Source of the DNA: the human T2T-CHM13v2.0 reference genome, Homo sapiens
Assembly: GCF_009914755.1 (NCBI RefSeq)
Contig: NC_060937.1
Length of the DNA stretch: 64,000 nucleotides
Direction: 5' to 3' (one strand)
Below are positions 1 to 11,085 of this stretch, one piece after another. Made by a program: the position numbers and the translations under genes. Position 1 is the first letter of the stretch. Each line of letters opens with the position of its first letter. The notes beneath the pieces were generated by a model, which worked only from the letters and a program-made list of their open reading frames with translations, was not told the DNA's origin and ran no database searches.

Positions 1-748
1 ATATGGGCTCTTTTTTGGTTCCATATGAATTTAGAATTTTTTTTTTCTAATTCTGTGAAGAATGATGGTGGTATTTTGATGGGGATTGCATTGAATTTGT
101 AGATTGCTTATGGTAGTATGGTCATTACTATCATATGGTCTATCATGGAGAAGGTTCCATGTGCTGTTGAATAGAATGTGTATTCTGCAGTTGTTGTATG
201 AAATGTTCTGTATATATCTGTTAAGTTCATTTGTTCCAAGGCATAGTTTAAATCCATTGTTTCTTTGTTGACTTTCTGTCTTGATGACCTGTCTAGTACT
301 GTCAGTGGAGCATTGAAGTCCCCCATTATTATTGTGTTGCTATCTCATTTCTTAGGTCTATTAGTAATTTTTTAATAAATTTGGGAGCTCCAGTGTTAGG
401 TGCATGTATGTTTAGGAGTGTGATAGTTTCCTGTTCGACAAGGCCTTTTACCATTGTATTATGTCCCTCTTTGCCTCTTTTAACTGCTATTGCTTTAAAG
501 TTTGTTTTGTCTGATATAAGAATAGCTACCGCTGCTTGTTTTTGGTGTCCATTTGTATGAAATGCCTCTTTCCACCTCTTTACTTTAAGTTTATGTGAGT
601 CCTTATGTGTTAGACAAATCTCCTAAAGGCAGCACATAGTTGGTTCATGAGTTCTTATCCATTCTGCGGTTCTGTATCTTTTAAGTGGAGCATTTAGGCC
701 ATTTACATTCAATGTTAGTATTGAAATGTGAGGTGTCATTGCATTCAT
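1..748 (-). pseudogene. Disrupted L1 ORF2: APE endonuclease fused directly to the post-RT region, RT domain missing
   Basis: The endonuclease motifs NVNG, GDFN and IDH are followed at ~127 by [18 protein letters not shown], a segment that normally lies ~600 codons later. An in-frame stop is present. Confidence 0.85.
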
Positions 749-2692
749 TTTGCTCTTTGATGCCTGTGTACTTTGTTTTTTGTTTGTTTGTTTTTTGTTT
801 TTGCTTTTTAAGTTGTATTTTTGTTTTATGGATCCTGCGTGATTTATGCTTTAAAGAGGTTCTGTTTTGTTGTGTTTCCAGGATTTGTTTTAAGATTTTT
901 CTGTCTTTGTTGGATCAGGTTAATTCGAAGATCTTGTCTTCGAGCTCTGAATTTCTTTCTTCTACTTGTTCAATTCTATTGCTGAGACTTTCCAAAGCAT
1001 TTTGCATTTCTATAAGTGTGTCCAATGTTTCCTGAATTTTGAATTGTTTTTCCTTTAAGGTATCTATTTCTTTGAATATTTCTCCCTTCACTTGTATTGT
1101 GTTTTGGATTTCCTTGCATTGGGGTTTGCCTTTCTCTGGTGCTTCCCTGATTAGCTTAATAACTAACCTCTTGAATTCTTTTTCAGCTCAATCAGGGATT
1201 TCTTCTTGGTTTGGATCCATTGCTGGTGAGCTAGTGTGATTTTTTGGGGGGTGTTAAAGAGCCTTGCTTTTTCATATTACCAGAGTTGGTTTACTGGTTC
1301 CTTCTTATTTGGGTAGCCTCTGTCAGAGGGAGGGTCTAGGGCCAAAGGCTGTTGTTCAGATTCTTTTGTCCCACGGTGTGTTCCCTTGATGTAGTACTCT
1401 CCCCCTTTTCCTGTGGATGTGGATTCCTGTGAGTTGAACTGCAGTGGTTGTTGCCTCTCTTCTGGGTCTAGCAACTCATCAAGTCTACCCAGCTATGGGC
1501 TGGTATGGGGGTTGTCTGCACAGAGTCCTGTGATGTGAACAGTCTATGGGTCTCTCAGTTGTGGATGCCAGCATCTGTTCCGGTGGAGGTGGTGGGGGTG
1601 TGCAATGGTCTCCATGAGGGTCCTTAGCTTTGGTGGTTTAATGATCTATTTTTGTGCTGGTTGGCCTCCTGCCAGGAGGTGGTGCTTTCCAGAAAGCATC
1701 AGCTATAGTAGTGTGGAAAAGGACCAGCGGTGAGCAGGGCTCTAGAACTCCCAAGATTATATGCCCTTTGTCTTCTGCTATCAGGGTGGGCAGGGAAGGA
1801 CCACCAGGTGGGGGCAGGGCTAGGCATGTCTAAGCTCAGATCCTCCTTGAGCGGGTCCTGCAGCGGCTGCTGTGGGAGATGGAGTTAGATTCTCAGGTCA
1901 CTGGAGTTGTGTACCTAGGAAGATTATGGCTGCCTCTGCTGAGTCATGCAGGTTGTCAGGCAAGTGGGCTACATCTGGCAGTCACAGGCCTCACCCAGCT
2001 CCCACGCAAACTGAAGGGCCCATCTCACTACCACTGTGTGCCCCCACAACTGCCCCGATTCTTTTCCAGGTGGCGGGTGAGCTGGGCTTGAAAACTTGTC
2101 CCAAGTTAACCGCCTACCAGCTGCAAAAGAAAAGGGCTTGGTTCTTCCCTTGCCTGTGGAGTCTGCACCCTCCCTTGAGTTCTGGCCAGGAGGCATCTCA
2201 TTTCATTCAAATTGTTACACAGTTCAGCTAGAGATTTCCTTCTCCTTGTGGAGTTTTACCCCTCCACTCCTCTGGCCGCCCTCCCAATGGATCCCTGTGG
2301 TGCCAGGCAGGAATGGCCTGCTTGTGGACCCATTGAGCTCCCAGGGCCTTTCTGCTGCTTCCCCTACCCCTGTATTTCACTCAGCTCTCCAAATTGACTC
2401 AGCTTCAGGTAAGGTTGGAAACTTTTCCCAAACTTCAGCTTCTCCAGTGGGGGTGTGTGTTCGGGAGAGGAGGCTTTCCCTTTCCCACTTTCACAGTGGA
2501 GGCACTCACTGTATTTGGGGTGTCTCCTGGGTCCTGCAGGAGCAGTCCACTTCCTTCAGAGGGTCTTTGCGTCCTCTCAGCATTGCTGGTTTGTTCTTGC
2601 AATCAATCTGGAGCTAAAATTCTCAATGTGAGTCTCCACACGCTGCTCTGTCCAGAGGTGCAATCTAGTCCCGTCTCCCATCTGCCATGATC
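1..2692 (-). mobile_element. L1PB-type LINE-1 (L1PBa-type 5'UTR, ORF1 and ORF2 remnants) with two large internal deletions; runs off the left edge of the window
   Basis: The minus strand starts GATCATGGCAGATGGGAGACGGGACTAGATTGCA at ~2692, resembling the L1PBa 5' end. An ORF1 N-terminal remnant lies at ~1308-900. ORF2 starts MNAMTPHISILTLNVNGLNAPLKR at 748. ORF 108-326 reads MGDFNAPL...IDHMI, matching L1 endonuclease motifs. Confidence 0.95.
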
Positions 2693-3009
2693 TTATGTTC
2701 TTTTGTATACTTTCTTATTCTCCCCTTCCTCAAATGGGATATTTAAAAATGGAAGTTTCCCAGATCCTTCTCCACCATTACATGTTGAGTATATTTAGGT
2801 AAATAACCTGTCTATTTTAGACATAGATTCCTGGACCACAAGAAATCATATTTAGTTATTATGATAGAGAATACTGCATAACTCCAGAGTTACTTAACTT
2901 GGAGTTTAATACAGCAACTGATGAGACTTGGGGTCTTCTTCTTTAAGGAGTGGTTGAGTGTGTTCTCTGTGGCATTGATCATTTTCGAAAATTCTTTATG
3001 GAACAAAGT

Positions 3010-4000
3010 ATTTGTAGAGATGTTGGGTAGCAAACATAGACACTGTTGCCTACTTAGCAATTATTCTCTCCCTCATTCTTTTCAGCAATAATCAAGTTAT
3101 GTTTAGATATATATTACATAGGATTCACCTCAGTCCAGGGAATGAAGGATGATTGGTTTAAGCGAATCATGGAAACTCTGTTCTCCTTCCAAATGATTAG
3201 CGTAGGCACTGGCATGGGGTGTAATCTTGGCCAATGAGATAAAAGTGAAAATCTATTAGGAGGGTTTCCAGCAAAACATTTTCTCACTCCATAAGAAGGA
3301 CATAGGGAATGACTTGTTCCTTTCTTACTCTGCATGTTGTTTTATAAGGATATGATCTCTGAAGCCCCTATAGTTATGTTGCAGCTCTGAGGAAAAAGCC
3401 ATGAGAATTATTTTACAAAAAAGCTCAAATGCTAAACATTCTGTAAATTCAAAATAACTAACATAGTCTATTTATTATGTGAGGCAATAAACACTTTACT
3501 GTTTAAGAGTTTTTAGCTACTATCAAAAGACAAAATCACAACAAATTTAGTTATAGATCTAATTGGCTTTTATTTGCAATTCATGAATTGGAGCTGCCTC
3601 CATTCTACAAAATAGAATGAGAGCTCCCACTGGGCAATAGCAGAAGAGTGGATTTTTAAAGGTCATAACAAGAAAACAGAGCAAAAGAATTTTTTTAAAA
3701 AGCGGATTGGTTAACATCAGGTTACTGTTTTTTGGTAAGGGTTAAAGGTAAGGGGACTTCCTTATGCTGACTCAGGTAGACTAGAATCTCCTGTTTTAAG
3801 GGAAAACTCGTTTGTTTGGGGATCTGTCTGCTTCCTTAAAGTTCAATTTAATTATGTTGCATTTAGCCTGAGTAACTCCATTTTGGTTTGGTTAGGTCTG
3901 TTGGGGCCTAGTACAGAAGCTCAGTCCAAAACAATGGCCTTTCATGTATTTTTTAACGTTAAATATTCTGTTACTTGCAGCTAATGGCAATCTAATGGAA
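3010..4000 (+). mobile_element. Old MaLR LTR (MLT1J/K/L-like) split by an ERV1 LTR
   Basis: MLT1-type motifs (ggccaatgagat, atgtgaggcaataaa, gtttaag) lie before 3520. The LTR end (tattctgttacttgcagct) resumes at ~3959. Confidence 0.6.
3521..3958 (-). mobile_element. ERV1 (MER4-group) solo LTR, subfamily uncertain
   Basis: The reverse strand reads GTTAAAAA...AGGCCATTGTTTTGGACTGAGCTTCTGTACTAGGCCCCAACAGACC...AATAAAAGCCAATTAGATCTATAACTAAATTTGTTG...TTTTGATA, which has LTR-like ends and a poly(A) signal. Confidence 0.75.
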
Positions 4001-4174
4001 ATATTGATATTATCATAATACTGTAAATGCTGTTTGTTTCTTTCAATATTTAGAACCAATACATAGAAAGAACATGGAACACTTAATAGTTTTAAAGCAC
4101 AATGCAAATATTATAACCTTGACAATGTCAGAGTTGGTGGATGGACAAATAGAAGATTTCAGTATGTTATTTTC

Positions 4175-4492
4175 AGCCAGTGAGCCCAGGCCTCAAGAGT
4201 CCTAGTGTGTTTCTGCTTGCTCTCCCTTGTACCTCTGCAATCACTGTAAGAACACAACTGACCCAGCCCACTGGAGGTTCAGAGCCACACAGAGCAGAGA
4301 GCCGATGTGAGACAAGCCTGGATTTGCCAATGCAAGCTGTCTCCTGTACACGTGAATGAGCACAATCAAAAGCAGCAAAGCCACCTATCCAACTGCCCCA
4401 GGAGCACGAGCAATAAACACTAACGTTGAATGCCATTGGGATATCTCAGTTATTTGCTATGTGGGATTATTGTGGCAAGAGATAACTAATAC
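4175..4492 (+). mobile_element. MLT1 (MLT1H-like) LTR fragment
   Basis: It contains ggcctcaagagtcctagtgtgtttctgcttgctctc and the MaLR 3' end ...ttattgtggcaagagataactaataca. Confidence 0.65.
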
Positions 4493-4529
4493 AGGATGAC
4501 TAATACATTCTGATTCTCTTCTTTTCAGG

Positions 4530-4877
4530 CACTTGGTAGTAGGTTGTTTTCATTTGATCTTTTGAAGTTAAGCATGGCCATATGACTTGCTTTAATAAGT
4601 GAGATGTAAGTAGAAGCAATGTGTGTGGGTGCAGACATATGTAAGACCTAGGTAGGACAAGGCAGCTCCTCTTTCCTCTGAATGGTGATCGCCTAGTACA
4701 TGTTGAAATGGAACCATCATTAGCCTAGGTTCCTGAGTGAATAGAACAAGCAGAACTACCTTGGCAGCCTATGTAGATGTATAACATGAGCTAGAAGTAA
4801 ATTTTTGTTGTGTTAAGGTACAGAGCTTTGAAGGTTGTTATTATCAGAGGGTAATGTTGCCTATCCTGACTGATGCA
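4530..4877 (+). mobile_element. MLT1 (MLT1I/J-like) LTR
   Basis: It contains gaagttaagcatggccatatgacttgcttt and ends ...cctatcctgactgatgca. Confidence 0.65.
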
Positions 4878-4956
4878 GGTTGCCCTGGTAAGCTTCATTG
4901 AAGAGGTTGCATTTGAGCTTAGACTTGAAGGTGAAGGGGTTGTCTGTATGGAGTCT

Positions 4957-5325
4957 TCTATTAGTTTGTTTTCATACCTCTATAAAGAACTGCCTGAGGC
5001 TGGGTAATTTAGAAAGAAAAGAGGTTTAATTGACTCACAGTTCTGCATGGCTGGGGAGGCCTCAGGAGACTTACTATCATGGCAGATGGGAAAGCAAAGA
5101 CCTTTTTCACATGGTGGCAGGAAAGAGAAAGTGAGGAAGAGCAAGGAAAACTGCCTTATAAAACCATCAGATCTTGTGAGAACTCACTATCATGAGAACA
5201 GCATGGGAGAAACCACCCCCATGATCCGATCACCTCCCATCTGCTCCCTTCCTCGACATGTGGGGATTATGAGGATTACAATTTGAGATGAGATTTGGGT
5301 GGGGACACAGATCCAAACCATATCA
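4957..5325 (-). mobile_element. THE1D/MSTA MaLR solo LTR
   Basis: It ends ...gagatttgggtggggacacagatccaaaccatatca, the reverse complement of the TGATATGGTTTGG start, and has a typical THE1/MST body. Confidence 0.9.
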
Positions 5326-5540
5326 TGTTCAGAGGCAAAATGTTGCAGGGAGAGAGAATAGCAAGTGCAAAGGCTCTAAGGCAGGAGCATGCCTAGTGTG
5401 TTCAAGAAGACATATGTATAGAGGGGGGTGAGAGAAAGAGTAGTAGAAGATGAGGTTACAGCATCAAAAGGCATGGGGCCAAGGGATGGCAACCTACAGA
5501 TCATGTAGAGCCTTGCAGTTCATTCTAGAAATTTTCACTT

Positions 5541-5833
5541 GTGTGTGTGTGTGTGATGGGGTCTCACTCTGTCACCCAGGATGGAGTACAGTGGTATGAT
5601 CCTAGCTCACTGCAGCCTCAAACTCCTGGGCTCAAGCAATCCTCCTGCCTCAGCCCCTTAGTAGCTGGGACTACAGGCATGGACCACAATGCCTGGCTAA
5701 TTTTTTAAATTTTTTGTAGAGACAGGGTTTTTATGTTGCCCATGCTGGTGTTGAACTCCTTGGGCTCAAGCAGTCATTCCACTTTGGCCTCCCAAAGTAC
5801 TGGGATTACAGTCATAGCCACCAAGCCTGGCCT
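5541..5833 (-). mobile_element. AluJ whose tail is replaced by (TG)n
   Basis: AluJ-type sequence gctcactgcagcctcaaactcctgggctcaagcaatcctcc is present; the element ends cctggcc. Confidence 0.92.
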
Positions 5834-7149
5834 GAGATTTTGGCTTTAGTCTGAGTGAAATATAAAGAACTTGCAGAGGTTTGAGCAGGGCAATGACATT
5901 GTCTGACTTAGAGTATGGAGAATGGGCTGCAGTGATAAAAGCAGGGATAGTAGGAAAAAGCTGTCATCCAGTAGAGATGATTGTAGTGGTAGTTTGGAAG
6001 TGATAAGAAGAGGTTGGGTTCTATATATATTTTGAGGGTAGAGTCTACAAAATTTTCTTAGTAGATTGGGTGTAGGATGTGAAAGCACAAAAGAAGTAAA
6101 GGATGATTCCAAAGTTGTTGGCCTGATGCAAAGGAAATTTGGAGGCAGATAAGGAAAGTCTTAAAAGTCAGGCAGGAAGGTTTGGATCTTTCGATGTAAA
6201 CAAAGAAAAGGCATTTTGGGTTTGTGAATAGCAAAATTTGGGGATTGTGAAGTGAGGAAAAAGATGTTGTAGGTAGATTAATCTGGTACCATACAGAGAA
6301 GACAGTGCTAGATCAGTTAGGAGTGCTGATGTAAGAAAGTATCCAAATCAGCTCCCAGGGGCAGTAACCTCCAGGAATGGCTTAAGCCAAGTGTAAAAAA
6401 GGAGAGATTGAGAGGAAAGTTAAGCAGTGGACAATGAGGAAGGAGAAAGATGGCAAAGGGTACATTTTCTTGGAATTAAAGTTTACTTTGCAGTGATGAA
6501 AAGCACTGTTGCAGCCATCCAGATGGTTGAGGGAGAGGTCTGGTTTGTGCATCCTTTAAGCAGAAGATGCAAAGATCTCTTGGAAATGAGCAGGAAATAA
6601 ATGACAATGTGGACCCACTGTAGAGATTTGCTCCTTAGTCTCTGTGGTTTCATGCTGCTTTGGTTTAGATAGATAATGTTTCAATGGCAAGTAGACGAAC
6701 AGAAGGATGTACAGATTCACTGATTTAGACTGAAGTAAGCTTAAAATAAATTGACTATGCTTAGCAATAAAGAAATAAATGGAGCTAATCCACTGATAAA
6801 AAAGATATGCATTGACCTTATCAGAGCAGCAGTAATAATAATCCCTTACCTTTATAAAGTACAACATGATAGAAATAAAACTGTGCTTGAAGATTTCAAA
6901 ACAGTAAAGTGTAATTTTATAGTCCAAACCACATTTTATTCTAGGTATGCATTCTAAATTAAGCCTTTTATGAAAAGAATAACAACAGTGATAACAGAAA
7001 GATTATATATATCTATATCTATATGTATAATTCTCCTCTTGAGAAGCAAAAGCTTCTCATTCATTCCTGGCTTTCTGTCCTCCTGCTTAAATAAAGAGCA
7101 ATTTGAATTAGCAAGTAACTTGCCTTCTTTATAAGAGTGAGAACTTGTG

Positions 7150-7415
7150 AGTTCACTCATAAAGTAAAACCCAAGCTTCTTAGGTAGCCTCAAGGCTCTA
7201 ACTGCCTGACCCTGCCTGCATCTCCATAACCATCTCAAGCCATTTTCCCCTTACTAGTGGGACTTCAGCCACACAGCCCTCCTAACTTCACAAACACTCC
7301 AGGCTTTTCCTGTATTGGGACCTTCATACACATGCTGTTTCCTCTTTTGTACGGCTCCTTCCAACTCCTTCACGTGGATCTCCTTTTTGTAACACTCAGG
7401 TTCTAGGCTAGAAAC
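7150..7415 (+). mobile_element. L2 fragment (continues at ~8520-8790)
   Basis: L2 sense motifs cagccacacagccctcct...ggaccttcatacacatgctgtttcctct...caggttctaggctagaa are present. The expected continuation cacctcctcacaaaggcctt appears at 8540. Confidence 0.7.
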
Positions 7416-7488
7416 AGAATTCACACCAGATGGGCCAAGTTGAAGAGACTTCAAAGGTGAGGGCTGGGTTAGGGACAAATAATAAAGG

Positions 7489-8146
7489 CATCACAGGGTG
7501 AACCCCAAAACTGGAGAACTTGCAGAGGTTTGAGCAGGGCAATGACATTGTCTGACTTAGGTTTTAACAGTCACCTCCTCACAAAGGCCTTTCTTGACCA
7601 CTGTGTCTATCAAGGTCACTTCAAGAACTTTCAGCTGGGGAGGCCACATAGGTTCCTGGCTTTGTGCGGGAAGGAATTCAAGAACAAGCTGACAGAGTGA
7701 AGCAAAAGCCAAGTTTATTAAGAAAGTAAAGGAATAAAAGGATGGCTACTCCACAGGCAGAGCAGCTCCTCGGGCTGCTGGTTGGTATTTTTATGGTGAT
7801 TTCTTGATCACAAGCTAAACAAGGGGTGGATTATTTATAAGTTTTCTGGGAAAATGGTGGAGAATTCCCAGAATTGAGGGGGTTCCTCCCCATTTCAGAA
7901 CATATAGGGTAACTTACTAGTGTTGCCGTGGCATTTGTAAACTGTCATGGTGCTGGTGGGAGTGCCTTTGAGCATGCAAATGTTTTATAGTTAGTGTAAA
8001 ATGAGCAGTGAGGGCGACCAGAGATTGCTATCATCACCATCTTGGTTTTGGCGGGTTTTGGCTGGCCTCTTTACTGCACCCTGTTTTATCAACAGCGTCT
8101 ATGTGACCTGTATCTTGTGAAACCAGTCTTGCCAACTCGTATCTCA
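7489..8146 (-). mobile_element. MER41 (ERV1) solo LTR, probably MER41C/D/E type, with a 4-bp TSD AAGG
   Basis: The reverse strand reads TGAGATACGAGTTGGCAAGACTGG...CAAGATACAGGTCAC...CTCCCACCAGCACCATGACAGTTTACAAATGCC...CTTAATAAACTTGG. AAGG is at 7485-7488 and 8147-8150. Confidence 0.9.
7844..7873. promoter_or_regulatory. Tandem GAS (STAT) motifs within MER41
   Basis: TTCTGGGAA at 7844-7852 and TTCCCAGAA at 7865-7873 both match TTCNNNGAA. Confidence 0.6.
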
Positions 8147-8519
8147 AAGGGTGAGACACCCCGAAGCCATGGTCAGCCTGTGGGCTGAAGAAGTAAAGAC
8201 AGGAAGGAAGTGGCACTGTCTGAGCCCATTATGATCTGGAACCCCGGGGAAGGGCTCTTCTGATGGGGGCTGTCATTGTGGAGGGATACAGCTACAGCCA
8301 CAGATGTAACATCAAATCATGGGACACCCTGATCTCTATCCTCCTGCCCCTCAATCTTTAGCCACTGTCTCACTTCATCAGAACCCACCAGCAAGCCTGA
8401 GGTCAAGGGAGCATAGGGAACGCCATCTTCAGGGTCCTGGCCCCACCCCCAGCATGAGGAAGGTCGAGAAAGGCAGAGAATAGAGTGCAATCTCTAAATG
8501 GAGATTAAGCGGCACACTC

Positions 8520-8790
8520 TTCTTTACTTCTCTATTTACCACCTCCTCACAAAGGCCTTTCTTGACCATCCTGTCTATGAAGATCACTTCTAGAACTTTG
8601 AACACCGTTCTTTCTCAGCTGTGATGATAGATGAGTCTAATTATTTATTTATTCAAATGCTCTTTCCTCCTAATAGATGCTAAGCAGCGTAAAGAAAGGG
8701 ACCTGCTGCTTTGCTCATCACTGGATAATTGGTGGCTGGCACATAGCAAATACTGAAAACATCTGTGGAAAAGAAAGGGATGAAAAAAGA
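8520..8790 (+). mobile_element. L2 3' end
   Basis: It reads cacctcctcacaaaggcctttcttgaccatcctgtcta...ggctggcacatagcaaatactgaaaacatctgtgg. Confidence 0.75.
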
Positions 8791-8989
8791 AAGAAGGAAA
8801 AGAGGAAAGAAGGACAAAGGAAAGCTCCTTTAAAAAGGAGAAAGATTTGTGTGTGTGTCTGTGTATGTAATTTCAAACTCTTCACCTATCACATTAAAAA
8901 CAAAACAGAAATGTTAAAAAATAAAATAAAAACAAAAATGTAGCAATCAAGTTGGGGAAAAGTGATAAAAGAGTATGCATAGATTATTT

Positions 8990-9165
8990 ATTTAGTACTG
9001 GTCACTCTTGCATGCTATGTCACTTAATTCCTGCGACAGTCCTGCAAGACAGGGAGCATTATTCCCATTTTATATATAAGTAAACTGAGTTTCAGAGCTG
9101 CAAAGTGGTTTATTAATGTTGCTTAGGTCATAGGTGGTATTCAAGCCAGTTTAAATGAATTGAAA
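8990..9165 (-). mobile_element. MIR SINE
   Basis: The MIR core is seen in antisense: cattattcccattttatatataagtaaactgagtttcagag. Confidence 0.7.
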
Positions 9166-9787
9166 ACTGGACCTCCCATGATTAACTCTTGGGTACTCTG
9201 GGTATTGTGTGGAAACATTCAGGGCCTTGTGTACCGTTTTTCCTTTTCAAAAAACTCAGCATTGTGTTCCTCAGGCTTTTATCTTAAAACGTAATATCTA
9301 TCTAAAAGTGGCTTTTGTGAAAAGTAATTTAGCAAGATGTTTTGTTTACTGGGAGAGAAGCAAAACCAACCATGCTATAAAGACGTTCCTCCTTGCGAAT
9401 AAAAGTAGAAGAGTAATAGATTGGATGTTAATTGAGGCAGATGCCTGTGAGGATAATTTGAAGTAATCTGTGAGCAATAAAGCGAAGTGAGTACTCTTTC
9501 CCCTCCTCAAGCATCACCCACCTGATACATATTCTTTCTTATAGTTGCAAGATGAGAAAAAATACACAATGTCAAAGCTCTTTTCTCTGTCCAAAAAGAG
9601 ATTCTTTCAAACCAACCAACTATTCAAAGTTCTTAAGGTTTACATGCCGTAAACAATGTACAAAATATACCTCACTTTATTGTCATTCAATTTTTTCAGT
9701 ATGCATCAAATATCCACAGCATTCAGTGTGTTAGGAGCCTGGGGTGAACACACATTTAGTGTGAAACCAAGATTTAAAAATTCAAAT

Positions 9788-9791
<4 letters not shown>

Positions 9792-9824
<33 letters not shown>

Positions 9825-9838
9825 AGAGAGAGAGAGAG
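9792..9838. repeat. Compound microsatellite (TG)15 followed by (AG)7
   Basis: Directly visible. Confidence 0.97.
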
Positions 9839-10524
9839 AATGACTACAAGTAATAACTTGGCATAAGTAGCATAAGGATATAAATACAGAAGAGAGAAAT
9901 ATGTTGGAGCATTGGAGTTTCTATTATCTTTTCCATTTCATTCTAAATCATTATTCATTATATTATGCTAATTATTCATAACATTATTATTCTATTTCCC
10001 CCATTTCAAAATGTTAGGGTAGTCTAATTTTGACAGAGAATTTTCTCAACATAATTTTTAATTTTGTTTTAAGCATAAGGTAACTTATACTTTTTATTTT
10101 TCTTTGTTAAACATTAAAAGTAAATGTTGGCCTATTACTTTGCACTGAAAACTCACAGAGTGTAATACGAAGACTTAGGAAAGCTATACTGGTTTGATTT
10201 ACTAACTGATGCTAATGAGATAATTTGAGCTTCCTAAAATTCTGCCTTTATTTACTTAAAAAAAACTCTCGCTGGCTTTTTATATTGTCTCAAATTAGAA
10301 TTCTTAGTGAAAAATTCACTTGCAAAATTTACCTATCAAAAAGTTATTTACCAATTTCTAAATAATAAGTAAATATTTGAAATGATTGACTCAAGCGCAA
10401 GGCTTGTGCCATATTGGACAATACATTTCAGCTCTATCCATTGCTATTTACCATTCTACTTGGTTTTTAGTTCTCTCCATAGATAAATAGGAAATCTTAA
10501 GAACAGGCTCTTCTTCTAGTAAAG

Positions 10525-11085
10525 CTGTAACAGATTGTGTTTCCCAAAGATAGCTGCACCAATATGCATATGCACTTTTCCTCCCTCCAAGGTCCTGGGA
10601 CTGTCTCTTTTTGTCACATTTGGTCAGAGCCCCGTGACTTTTCCAACCAACAGACCAATATGCCTGAAGGAATGCTATTTGACTTCTGAGTCTAGGTCAT
10701 AACAGTGATACAGCCTTTGCATTGCTTCTTCTCTCTGTCCCTCTTTCTCTCTTTCTCTTTCTCTCAGTTGCTTGTTCTTGAAACCCAGCCACTTGGCTGT
10801 GAAGAAGCCTAAACTAGTTCATGTGGAGGAGCTACATGAAGAGGCCCACATGTAGAGGAACTGAGGTTCCCTGCCAACAGCCAGCATCAATCACCAGCCA
10901 TGTGAGTGAACAAGCCTCTGGTTGCCCCCACTGCCTTTTCACTGCCCTGACCCATACCAAGTGGGGTAGAAATGGACTATTTTCATTGAGCCCGGGCAGG
11001 CTGCAGATTCATGAGCAAAATAAACACTAGGATTGTTCTAAGCTAAGTTTTGTTGTGGTTTGTCGCACATAGTAACTGCTACGAT
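10525..11085 (+). mobile_element. MLT1G-like MaLR LTR
   Basis: It reads tgtaacagattgtgtttcccaaagatagctgcacc...gaagaggcccacatgtagaggaactgagg...gcagattcatgagcaaaataaa. Confidence 0.8.

Larger units (their letters stand above)
4880..6130 (-). mobile_element. L2 LINE fragments, interrupted by a THE1/MST LTR and an AluJ
   Basis: L2 antisense motifs are present: gcaagtgcaaaggctctaaggcaggagcatgcct, gagcagggcaatgacattgtctgactta and ggatgattccaaagttgttggcctga. Confidence 0.75.
7415..8516 (-). mobile_element. Old ERVL LTR (LTR33/LTR41-like), host of the MER41 insertion
   Basis: It contains cagaacccaccagcaagcctgaggtcaaggg and ends gagaaaggcagagaatagagtg...atggagattaagcggcaca, typical of the LTR33/41 group. 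Confidence 0.55.
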
